Source: a virus (Duplodnaviria; Caudoviricetes). From it: a DNA stretch of 37,210 nucleotides. Of this stretch, positions 15,078-23,800 are shown in pieces (the first letter of the stretch is position 1; every line of letters starts with the position of its first letter). The position numbers were made by a program, and so were the translations under genes. The notes under the pieces were generated by a model. The model was not told the DNA's origin. It worked only from the letters and a program-made list of their open reading frames with translations, and ran no database searches. The stretch covers positions 1 through 37,210 of the IMG/VR virus record IMGVR_UViG_3300034357_000099; one strand, written 5' to 3'.

Positions 15078-16312
15078 GCAGAGAAAGCTCGTTTAGGTTC
15101 TGGAATGTAATGCTTTGGATTAACCTTAGATATTGCGTTCCAGACCTTTTCAATGGGCATTTTATAGCGCCCTACATCGCCATAGGTGCGAGAGCGCAAC
15201 ACAAGCGTCATAGATTGCTTAGAGCGCCAGCCGCCATCGTGAGCGTATTTATCAAGTGGGGCTAGGTTGTTAAAGCTCTCCCATTGAGCGCCCCCTAGTT
15301 CCTTGGCCGAAAAATGGTGTATATGGCCTCCGTCGATATAGCAAAATTTAGCCTCGCCCCAGTCAATCCGATAGTCCGTTGACATAATCTGACGCAGCGC
15401 CTCTGGCTTGCACTTGTGACCATGATGAACCAGAACAAAGGTGTCGCCCATGCGATAGCCTATAAATGGGCTTTCATTTTTTAGCACGTTGACGCGATTG
15501 CTTCCTAGCCGCCCATAGAGCCGCCTAAAGTAGTGTGCAGCCCAATAGTCGTTGGTCTCGCTATGGTTGCCTTGGTTAATGATTACATCAACTGTAACGG
15601 CCTTTGTGAGAGCCTTTTCAATAATGGCTTCCATTATGTCTAGGTAGGCTTCAATCATCTTTGGAAAACGGCTATCAAAGTCTACCTGATGGCCGCTGCG
15701 CTCTGTCATGGCCTTCATGTTTTCGTAGTGTGTCCCATCGCCCAAGTCATTAATTACCATGCGTTCGCAATCAGGGGCCATGTCGATTAGGTCAAACGCT
15801 GCTTGCAGAATTTCAGCCTTAGCAATTTTAAGGTCAAAGTTCTGTCCAACTTCATCCTTGTGGGCCAGCATACCTATGTGGGCATCGCCTATATTCAACC
15901 AAGGGATAATATCAGCGCCATCAAACGTCTGCACTTTAGGGGGCGGGATGTTAATTTCACGAACGGCACAATTCGCAATCGCATCCGCTACGGCTTGCTC
16001 CCAGCGTTCACGCACCGCTTCTGTTTTAAGCCAGATATTTTCGCCAGAAGCTGTCTTCGTAAAATGCGAGTAGCCTTTTAGCTTAAATCCCGCTGCGACA
16101 TGGTGGTTTAGCCCTGCTTCAGGCGCATATCCTGCACGAGCCGCCTTCTTTTTAACGGAAATATACGCATCGCTTGCTGCGCCTTGATTAATGCCCAAAG
16201 CGATTGAAGCAGCTTTTGCGCTTCCATGTAGATTAACTGCTTGCAGCAATTCGAGCTGGCGAGGTGTGCAATATGCAAACAACGCTTCGTCTATTTGTAA
16301 GGGGATTGCCAT
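15074..16312 (-). CDS. HTH + calcineurin-like metallophosphoesterase
   Basis: Metal motifs GDAHIG, LGDGTH, GNHS, HHGH, GHIHH; N-terminal TPRQLELLQAVNLHGSAKAASIALG HTH. Confidence 0.82.
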   Translation of the reverse strand: MAIPLQIDEALFAYCTPRQLELLQAVNLHGSAKAASIALGINQGAASDAYISVKKKAARAGYAPEAGLNHHVAAGFKLKGYSHFTKTASGENIWLKTEAVRERWEQAVADAIANCAVREINIPPPKVQTFDGADIIPWLNIGDAHIGMLAHKDEVGQNFDLKIAKAEILQAAFDLIDMAPDCERMVINDLGDGTHYENMKAMTERSGHQVDFDSRFPKMIEAYLDIMEAIIEKALTKAVTVDVIINQGNHSETNDYWAAHYFRRLYGRLGSNRVNVLKNESPFIGYRMGDTFVLVHHGHKCKPEALRQIMSTDYRIDWGEAKFCYIDGGHIHHFSAKELGGAQWESFNNLAPLDKYAHDGGWRSKQSMTLVLRSRTYGDVGRYKMPIEKVWNAISKVNPKHYIPEPKRAFSA

Positions 16313-16549
16313 TTATTTGCCTTTCGGACAGTCATCCTCGCACAAGCAAATCAAGACGCTGTTATGTAGCTCAATCTCCGCCACAGTTTCAGGCGTGTCC
16401 TTTGTTGCGTCATAGGTGATAGGTTTCGCAATAGCGCAATAGCTATTTACGGGAACGGTCGAAACGGTCGCGCAACCGCTCAGTGCGCTCAGGGTCAGGA
16501 ATAACAATGGCAGCTTCGCCCAGTGCAATTTGCTCATTGATAACCTCAT
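16313..16549 (-). CDS. Outer-membrane spanin (Rz1-like lipoprotein)
   Basis: Lipobox LSGC after a hydrophobic stretch; overlaps the upstream ORF in another frame. Confidence 0.7.
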   Translation of the reverse strand: MRLSMSKLHWAKLPLLFLTLSALSGCATVSTVPVNSYCAIAKPITYDATKDTPETVAEIELHNSVLICLCEDDCPKGK

Positions 16550-16655
16550 TTATTTCTTTGATGGTTTCCTGACGGCCTTGCCGCTTCCAACGATGCTCTA
16601 CCCAAAATCCCAACAATTTGTTTAGGACACCCAGCAAAGCCGTCAGGAATTTCAT
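16443..16655 (-). CDS. Inner-membrane spanin (Rz-like)
   Basis: N-terminal hydrophobic MKFLTALLGVLNKLLGFW followed by a helical region; start at 16655 coupled to the holin stop. Confidence 0.6.
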   Translation of the reverse strand: MKFLTALLGVLNKLLGFWVEHRWKRQGRQETIKEINEVINEQIALGEAAIVIPDPERTERLRDRFDRSRK

Positions 16656-16834
16656 TATTCTGCCTCTGGTGCAGGAGCCTTGCTCATTACTGACCATACA
16701 GCAACGCCAATGGTTGCAACAGCGCCAGCAAGTGCTTCAGCAGTAGCGCCATCAATAAAGCCGCGACCAGCGATGTAACCAAAGCCAGCAGCCGCGATGG
16801 TGCGAATGACGCCAAACAATTTATCCTTATTCAT
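16655..16834 (-). CDS. Putative holin
   Basis: 59 aa with two hydrophobic segments (IAAAGFGYIAG; LAGAVATIGVAVWSV); directly after the endolysin; AAAGGA RBS. Confidence 0.75.
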   Translation of the reverse strand: MNKDKLFGVIRTIAAAGFGYIAGRGFIDGATAEALAGAVATIGVAVWSVMSKAPAPEAE

Positions 16835-16844
16835 GTGCATTCCT

Positions 16845-17339
16845 TTACGCTTCATTAGTGGAGACTTTTCCACCCTTCATATAGACAGGCTTTCCAATAA
16901 CAGGCTCACCCTTGGGCCAGCGCGATGCTATCAGTCTACTTTTGCCTAACTTCATTACGTTTACAGCATTACCTTGATTACCACCAAGAATAAAATAATG
17001 TCCTGCATCTTCGCCAACATAGAACCCAACGTGTCCGCCACCAGCGCGGTCAAAAACTAATATGGCTCCAACTGCCAAGCGGTCACGGCGCAGCAATAAA
17101 CCATAGTCAGACCATGCTTTAGCACGCATATACATTTTAGGAAAAGGTAGCCCCGCTTCTTTCATGCAGTAAGCAACAAAGACGCCGCACCAAGGCGTTT
17201 CATCATTACGCCACCAAGCGTTTAGCTTTTCAAGCCAGCCAACAATTATGCCATTATGCTTAGGGCCACGCACTTCTTGCAAGCCATTAAAGCTTTGGGC
17301 TGTTCGCATCCAACGGGGAGTGGAATTGTTCATAGGCAT
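16845..17339 (-). CDS. Endolysin, TIGR02594 / NlpC-P60 (CHAP-like) peptidase
   Basis: PRW...A...G..E, DETPWCGVFV (catalytic Cys), GGGHVGF (His), LGGNQGNAV. Confidence 0.88.
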   Translation of the reverse strand: MPMNNSTPRWMRTAQSFNGLQEVRGPKHNGIIVGWLEKLNAWWRNDETPWCGVFVAYCMKEAGLPFPKMYMRAKAWSDYGLLLRRDRLAVGAILVFDRAGGGHVGFYVGEDAGHYFILGGNQGNAVNVMKLGKSRLIASRWPKGEPVIGKPVYMKGGKVSTNEA

Positions 17340-17361
17340 TGCCCTACCAGATAATTTATTT

Positions 17362-17381
17362 ATACACAACAAAGTGTGTAT
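17362..17381. promoter_or_regulatory. Operator-like palindrome between divergent genes
   Basis: ATACACA-N6-TGTGTAT between the endolysin start and the + strand membrane gene. Confidence 0.45.
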
Positions 17382-17399
17382 TTAGCAAAGGACAAGGCA

Positions 17400-17543
17400 A
17401 TGACATTAGCTGAATGGGTTAATACCCTTGGAACCATAATCGCTGTAGCAATTAGCTGGAGCGTAAACCAAAGCATATTGTGGGCGGTGCTTCATGGCAT
17501 CTTTGGTTGGTTCTATGTCCTGTATTACGCCATTTGGGGTTAG
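17400..17543 (+). CDS. 47 aa membrane protein on the opposite strand (moron-like, not in ORF track)
   Basis: AAGGAC RBS; MTLAEWVNTLGTIIAVAISWSVNQSILWAVLHGIFGWFYVLYYAIWG, two hydrophobic helices. Confidence 0.75.
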   Translation: MTLAEWVNTLGTIIAVAISWSVNQSILWAVLHGIFGWFYVLYYAIWG

Positions 17544-17683
17544 CGTTTCTTGCGCTTCTTCTTTGCTTCTTCAGCTACCGACAATGCAATGGCAACGGAT
17601 TGCTTTTGGCTTTTGCCGCTTTTCATTTCGCGCTTAATGTTTTTGGATACGCTCTTAGGTGAGTAACCTTTAATCAACGGCAT
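17540..17683 (-). CDS. Small basic phage protein (47 aa, not in ORF track)
   Basis: MPLIKGYSPKSVSKNIKREMKSGKSQKQSVAIALSVAEEAKKKRKKR resembles a recurrent small phage family (MPL.KG.S...IS.NI..EM..G....QAVAIAL). Confidence 0.75.
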   Translation of the reverse strand: MPLIKGYSPKSVSKNIKREMKSGKSQKQSVAIALSVAEEAKKKRKKR

Positions 17684-17684
17684 A

Positions 17685-17993
17685 TCACAGCGCCCCTAGC
17701 TTTGTGCCAATGAAGCCCATAGCTGCCACAATGACTGCAAGAATAAACCTGTCCATCCAGCCTGACGTTTCTTTGGTTTTCGGTGCTGCAAGCTCAAGCG
17801 CAGACAGCCTATCATCAATCTTGGATATGGTTTTAAACGCACGCTCCAAAGCTTCAGCGGTTTGAGTTTGCTGTTGCTCAACAAGTGCCAATTTAGTGAT
17901 TGCCTCCGATAGCTTATTGAGCGCACTTTTAACTTCCACCACATCGCTGTGGAGCATTTCTAGTTTTAGCGTGAGAACGTCAGGCGGCGTCAT
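17685..17993 (-). CDS. Coiled-coil protein with C-terminal TM (lysis-associated, holin-like)
   Basis: Heptad-rich N-terminus, C-terminal FILAVIVAAMGFIG; upstream of the lysis genes. Confidence 0.65.
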   Translation of the reverse strand: MTPPDVLTLKLEMLHSDVVEVKSALNKLSEAITKLALVEQQQTQTAEALERAFKTISKIDDRLSALELAAPKTKETSGWMDRFILAVIVAAMGFIGTKLGAL

Positions 17994-18709
17994 TCTGCTG
18001 GCCTAAGAGCTAGTGTGACTGAGGCCGAAGAAAAGGTTGTGCTATCAGTTCCGCCGAAGGTAAACTGCGCGGGGTCAAACGCGCCAGAAGTCCAAACTTT
18101 ATAGCCAAGACCAATGGTTGCATCGTTAGTATCACCGCTTCCTACAGTAAGGAAGTTAGTCAAGTCTGAACTTGAAAATGTCTCCGCCCCAACGTTGTGT
18201 GCGCCAGCGCCGCCAGAAACAATAATAGCGCCGCTTGTTATTGGCGTAATCGCAGGAGGGTTGCAAATGACGCTGTTTGTTGTGGTTGATGTCGTGCGAG
18301 TGACATCCAGAGGCGTAGTTGCATCAACACCGCGCCAGACCTGAATAGCAACTGCGCCAGCATTAGAAGTATTTCGACTTCCGCCAGTAAGAAAAACAGA
18401 ACCCACAGTGAAAAGGTTAAGTATTCTATATGCAACAACAAGGTTGGTATCAAAGGTGCTATTTGCGTAAAGTTCAACGATTTCTGTGTAGCCACTGACA
18501 ATTAACTCGTTGTCAAGAGTAGACCCAGTGCCGAAGTAGACAATGGCGACATCACCACTAGACGGCGATGTAGCCAATCCACCACTCAAAGTGCCTGATA
18601 GCGATATAGTTACATCATCTGTTGTTCCCGCAAAAGCAAAAGTGCGACCGCCAACATACTGGATGCCTGACGGGGCAGCAGCCTTGCTTACCAGCTTTTG
18701 AAATAGCAT
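17990..18709 (-). CDS. Putative receptor-binding / tail-tip beta-rich protein
   Basis: Start moved to ATG 18709 (MLFQKLVSK), coupled to the upstream stop; Gly/Ser/Thr-rich beta-strand sequence. Confidence 0.6.
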   Translation of the reverse strand: MLFQKLVSKAAAPSGIQYVGGRTFAFAGTTDDVTISLSGTLSGGLATSPSSGDVAIVYFGTGSTLDNELIVSGYTEIVELYANSTFDTNLVVAYRILNLFTVGSVFLTGGSRNTSNAGAVAIQVWRGVDATTPLDVTRTTSTTTNSVICNPPAITPITSGAIIVSGGAGAHNVGAETFSSSDLTNFLTVGSGDTNDATIGLGYKVWTSGAFDPAQFTFGGTDSTTFSSASVTLALRPAE

Positions 18710-19329
18710 TATGCCACCTGTCCAACTAGCGAACCATAAATCGTCGTGCCAACCTTCCAGAGCGTGATGACGGTAAAGCCGCCAGTAGGAGCTAAGGATG
18801 GTGCAGAGCCACCAACCCATACAACGCCAAGAGTTGTCCAATCAACAGTGTATGCAGACGCTGTTTCATTCAGCATTAAAGTAATTGATTGCCCCGCCGC
18901 CCAGCTTGCCTGAGTGGGCGTGCGGTTTGCTCCCAAAGTCCATGTTTGAATACTGCCGTTGTTTGGGTTGAGCACAGCGCCAACGCCATCAACTACAGCG
19001 AACACTTCTTCAGTGTAGCCATCGTTTAAAACAGCCCTTGAAAGTGTAGGAGCTGTGCTGAGAACAACACTGCCAGTGCCCGTAGAAGCTGTAACACCCG
19101 TGCCGCCATTAGCCACCCCGACAACGCCGCTGACATTACTGGCGGTAATATTCCATGTGCCAGATGCGTTTGTGCCGTCAGCACGCGCTATCACCCTGCC
19201 GCCGACAGTAGCGCCATCGTGAACGCGCAGCGCATGGTTCGTTGTGTCTACAGTGACTTCACCAACGACACCCGTAAAACTGGCGTGTTGAGTAGCCGTG
19301 CCACGGCGCATTTTGACTTGCTTACTCAT
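18709..19329 (-). CDS. Tail fibre protein with major-tropism-determinant-like N-terminus
   Basis: VKMRRGT....FTG..GEVTVDT....LRVHDG.T.GG is the Mtd N-terminal pattern; VANGGTG motif. Confidence 0.75.
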   Translation of the reverse strand: MSKQVKMRRGTATQHASFTGVVGEVTVDTTNHALRVHDGATVGGRVIARADGTNASGTWNITASNVSGVVGVANGGTGVTASTGTGSVVLSTAPTLSRAVLNDGYTEEVFAVVDGVGAVLNPNNGSIQTWTLGANRTPTQASWAAGQSITLMLNETASAYTVDWTTLGVVWVGGSAPSLAPTGGFTVITLWKVGTTIYGSLVGQVA

Positions 19330-19930
19330 TGATAAATCCCCAATCGTCAGTTTCTGTATATGTAACTTCTATGCCGCCCCAATCTTCATCACTAAGTGAA
19401 AATGTAGCTACATAATTAGCGAATTGTTGCAATGAAGTCGAAAACAAATTGGCGCTGGTATAAAAAGCAATAGATTTGCTTTCGAATTCCAACTGCCCAT
19501 CATTACGCAATGGTGTTGCAGAAATGGTGCTGATAGTTGGACGCGCTGGGTCAACGATTACAGGCGCTAATGGGTCAACAATAGTATCAATCCATTCGCC
19601 AACATCATTGGCGTCTGGGACAAAGGCCGTCATGCTTGCCAAAAGACTATCAATAGCTGAAGCTAATGGAAGGCCAGAAAGTAGGGTTGTCGATGGTGCT
19701 GCGTTAATAAAGTTGGTAATATAAACGGGAGACACCTCACCTGTTGGCGATAGGTCGCCCCAATTATATTGGTCAAAATATGCAGAATTAAAATAGCTTG
19801 ATACGGCGTTGCAGTCCGCGACAAAATCCACTTGAGCGTCCAAAAACGCAAGGCTTTCGGTAATGAAATTGTTAGGGTCGCCAATGCGTGAAGGAGCAAC
19901 TGGCAAAGTTGCGATTGCAGGATATGTCAT
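19322..19930 (-). CDS. Tail-tip / fibre-attachment protein with three degenerate internal repeats
   Basis: Start moved to ATG 19930; IATLPVAPSR..DPNNF....AFL type motif repeated about 3 times. Confidence 0.55.
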   Translation of the reverse strand: MTYPAIATLPVAPSRIGDPNNFITESLAFLDAQVDFVADCNAVSSYFNSAYFDQYNWGDLSPTGEVSPVYITNFINAAPSTTLLSGLPLASAIDSLLASMTAFVPDANDVGEWIDTIVDPLAPVIVDPARPTISTISATPLRNDGQLEFESKSIAFYTSANLFSTSLQQFANYVATFSLSDEDWGGIEVTYTETDDWGFINE

Positions 19931-20829
19931 TAAATCAATCCCTCCACCGAAAGAGCGCACTCAGATATTGACGGGTTAGATAGCACAACTGAGAAGTCAC
20001 GATAATACCCTAAAACGATTGTTTCGCTTCTATTAGGGTCGCCAATATACACAGCAGGGGTTGAGCGTATGGATGCCAGAAACTTATTGAATTGACCAAC
20101 CTGCGCGGTTTCAACAGTAACGTCATAATCAGCACGCTTGCTGTAGGCTCTTGGCGTAATTGTGATGTTGCCAAAGTCATCAATAGTTTTGACTGAATAG
20201 TCCTTGATGCCAACAGATGTGCCAAAGTTACTCACGGCAAGCGTAGACTTTTGACCAATAATCATTTCACCGCATGATGCAGTGCCTTCGCCAGCGTCAA
20301 TGATAAGCTGAAAACTTGCACCTGAATAGTTTGGAATATCAAGAAACGCCAATTCAGTTGCGCCCGTTTCTGCAACAGGCAGAAAGTAATAATTGAAGTA
20401 GCTGTTTAATTCGCTGTAATCTGCCAAGCTTATTGTTTCATCATAAACTATCACATCGCCAGATGAGCGGACAATTAGCTGTGCGGTCGAACCATCAACG
20501 TCAAATAGAACAACGGAATTGCAAACAGTGGTAGGCGTGACAGTGACATCAATGCTTTCTGCATTAACAGTGCCAGAGCCTACGGATATATCAAACATCT
20601 TAAAACGGTTAGTGGCGCTGATATACAGCCATGTTGCGAGAACAGCAGCCGCCCCTACATCTGGCCTGTCAGTAGTTGATGTTGCCACCACCTCATAGAT
20701 TTTATGGTCATATATGCGGCGGTCACCAAGAACATAAGTCCCAGCCGTCCATTCGGCATAATCCGTTTCCGCAACATTGCTGCTTGTTAAGGTTGCCGCC
20801 GTAACACCCGCTGGCTTAATAATAATCAC
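19930..20829 (-). CDS. Virion structural protein following the tape measure (distal tail/hub-like)
   Basis: GTG 20829 behind GGAGGA; SSNVAETDYAEW, ATNRFKMFD, GIKDYS....D.FG motifs; position. Confidence 0.65.
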   Translation of the reverse strand: MIIIKPAGVTAATLTSSNVAETDYAEWTAGTYVLGDRRIYDHKIYEVVATSTTDRPDVGAAAVLATWLYISATNRFKMFDISVGSGTVNAESIDVTVTPTTVCNSVVLFDVDGSTAQLIVRSSGDVIVYDETISLADYSELNSYFNYYFLPVAETGATELAFLDIPNYSGASFQLIIDAGEGTASCGEMIIGQKSTLAVSNFGTSVGIKDYSVKTIDDFGNITITPRAYSKRADYDVTVETAQVGQFNKFLASIRSTPAVYIGDPNRSETIVLGYYRDFSVVLSNPSISECALSVEGLI

Positions 20830-23800
20830 TTGCGTCCTCCCTGATGTCAGGCAACCCGTCACCATCCCAACGGTCTAGCAGTTCAAACGATTTGCCAGTG
20901 TTCCGAGCGACTTGATATAGCGCGTTATATAGAACATTGCTCATGTTTGAAAGCTCGCCAGCAGTTTGGTCAGCATTAGCAGACGCAGTGCTGTTGCCGT
21001 CAAAGGTTAGCCCTGCGCTTGTAGCATTGACCATGCTATCAGATGAACCTTGCAGAGCCAATGTCTCGCTAAGGCTTGCTGCAAGCCATGCGCGAATGCG
21101 TGCAACTTCTAGGGCAGACGTTGCCGTGCCAAGCGTTGCTTCTTCAATAGAGCGGCTTAGTTCTGGTAGCTTGCCCAATGCGTCAAGGTTGCCAGTGCGT
21201 GCCTGTGCGGTCAGGGTTGCAAACTGCGCCTTTAACAATACAGATGATGAAGATGAATTGATGCCGCGCAGACGATTGATTTCGTCAATCACTGTTTGGC
21301 TGACGTTAGCCAAGGCATCTGCATAATCCTGCAACGCCTTTGCTGCATCTTCCGCAGCTTGCACCGCTAGTGCATCAGCTTCCGCCTTGGCTTGTGCGGC
21401 CCAGATTTGCTCTTGTATGCCACGCAAGCTTTCATCAATGGCTTCTAGTTCCATTGCACGGCGCAATGTCAATGCTTCAATCGCAAAGCCTTGTGCTTCC
21501 AGTAATTCAATTTCAAGAGAACGCCTGTCACGCGCCAAGGCTAAAGCTGCTTCCGCAAGCCTTTCTTGTTCTTCCGCAGCTTGAGCAGCAGCTTCAGCAG
21601 CCGCCAAACTTGCTTCACGTGCATCTTCCGCTGCGTAAATTTGCTGTTGCAGCCCACGTAGGCTTGCGTCCATGCCAGCTAGTTCTATCGCACGGCGTGC
21701 AGCCAATGCTTCACTAGTCTGCCCTTGGGCTTCCATTAATTGTATTTCAAGTTGACGGCGGTCATTAGCAAGCTGTGCAGCCGCAGCTAATCGTTCTGCC
21801 GCTTTTCGTTCTGCCTCCGCTTGCGCTTGTGCGCGTTCCTGTGCGCGTTGTTCGGCTGCACGAGCAGCTTCTTCAGCAGCTCTTGCCGCTATATCACGCG
21901 CAGCCGCTGCATCTTGCTCGGCATAAATAAGCTCTTGCAATGCACGATTGCTTTCGTCCAAAGCAGCCAGTTCCTGTGCGCGTCTAGCAGCCAAAGCATC
22001 AACTGAATTGCCCTCCGCTTCCATTAGCTGTATTTCAAGATTTGTGCGCTCTGTGGCAATTCTTGCTGATTGGTCTGCCGCTTGTTGTGCTGCCCGTGTA
22101 GCGGCTTCAATAGCAGCCTTAGCATCTTGTGCCGCATAGATTTGCGCTTGCAATGCACCCAAGGTTTCATTCATTGCCGCAAGTTCTAATGCGCGTCTAG
22201 CAGCAAGCGCACTAGCAGCATCACCCTGTGCTTCCATTAACTGAATTTCAAGATTTGTCTGTTGAGCAGCATCCCTTGCCGCTACATCACTTGCAGCCTT
22301 AGCAGCTTGAGCCGCCGCAGTAGCATCCTGTGCTGCATAGATTTGTTCTTGAAGCGCACGAAGGCTTCCATCCATTGCCGCTAACTCTAGTCTGCGACGA
22401 ATAGCCAAAGCTTCAGATGCAAAGCCCTGCGCTTCAAGCAGTTGAATTTCCATAGATACGCGCTTTTGCTGTATCTCTAATGCGGCCTTGGCATTTTCAG
22501 CATTTATTTTAGCAGCATCAATGCCAGTTTGAGCACTAGCTTCTTGTAATTTTGCAATTTCAGCCTGATAGTCTGCAACCTGCTTAAACGCTGGGGCTAA
22601 TTGCAACAGCGCAGCATATGTCTCTTGTCCAGCGGTGCTTGTAAGGTCAAGGCCAAGAACAGCGTTTTTAAACTGCTCAATAGTTGTAAGAGATGACAAG
22701 CCAAGTCGCGCCAATTCGTCAGCCACAGCCTGTGTGATAGGCGCAAGCTGCTCTGCTTCTGTTAGGAAGTTATCACGGAAGTAATTGGTCTGCTCAACAA
22801 ACTGGTCAAGGCTCTCAAACATCTGAACCAATGCACTGCGTGCTTCAATGCTGGCAACGCCAACGGAACCAAACTCTTTGCCGATAGAGCGCAGCGCAAC
22901 ATCAACAACCTGATACTCACGCGCTACCCGTGCGAAAGTCTCAAACAAGCCTTCGCCAATCCGTTGCATTGAAGTAAGTGCAGGGAACAAAGCGCCAGCC
23001 ATTTCATCGCCAACCTTTGAGAAGATAGCGTTCAACTGTTCTTCAATTTCACTGCCGCTTAAGCCTGATAAGCTAATCCTGCCAATGTTGACCTGAATGC
23101 TGTCAAGGATAGCCTGTGCGCCATCCAAGCCAATAACGTCAGCGCCGTCAATTAATCCCTGACGCAAGCTCGCAATAACGTCTGTAATGGAATTACGAAT
23201 ATCTTCGTCAATATTGCCTGTAGTGGTTTGATAGGTTGTCTTTGTGCCGCCACCGATACCAAAGAAGCCAGACTTCTTTTTAACTTGCTGCACAACTTGA
23301 TATGTATTGCCAGCAATGCCGCCAGCAATAATTTCAGCAATGGACGTTGATACAATGTCAATGCCAAGGTCATACAGTTCGCGGGTGGTGCTTGTCTTAC
23401 CGATGCCAAGGAAGCCGCCAGAGCCGCTTGAACCTAAACGCTGACCAGATGTGTCAAACATACTGCCGCTGACGGATATTTGCTTGGCAACATTGTTTGC
23501 CAAGTCAGCCATGCTGTTTTGAATAGAACGCAGTGAAGTCAGCATTTGATTGCTATACTCAAGGTCGCTATTGCTGTTTGAAGCCATTATCTCAAGCGCA
23601 CGGTTAATACTGTCAGACTTAGCAGTAGCATCACCTAGCACGCTCCCAGCGCCTTGTTGCGCTTGCATATCTTCTGCACTTGGGATGGTTGGTTGCGATA
23701 CGCTTCCGCCTTTGCCGCCTAAGCTTGCCATAACAGCAATCATTGCCGCAACCACAGGGAAAGCCCACATACCTAACTGACTAAATATCTTTGATGCACC

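Noticed and set aside
18709-19329. Diversity-generating retroelement suggested by the Mtd-like N-terminus
   Set aside because: No reverse transcriptase and no template/variable repeat pair with adenine-specific mismatches were seen.
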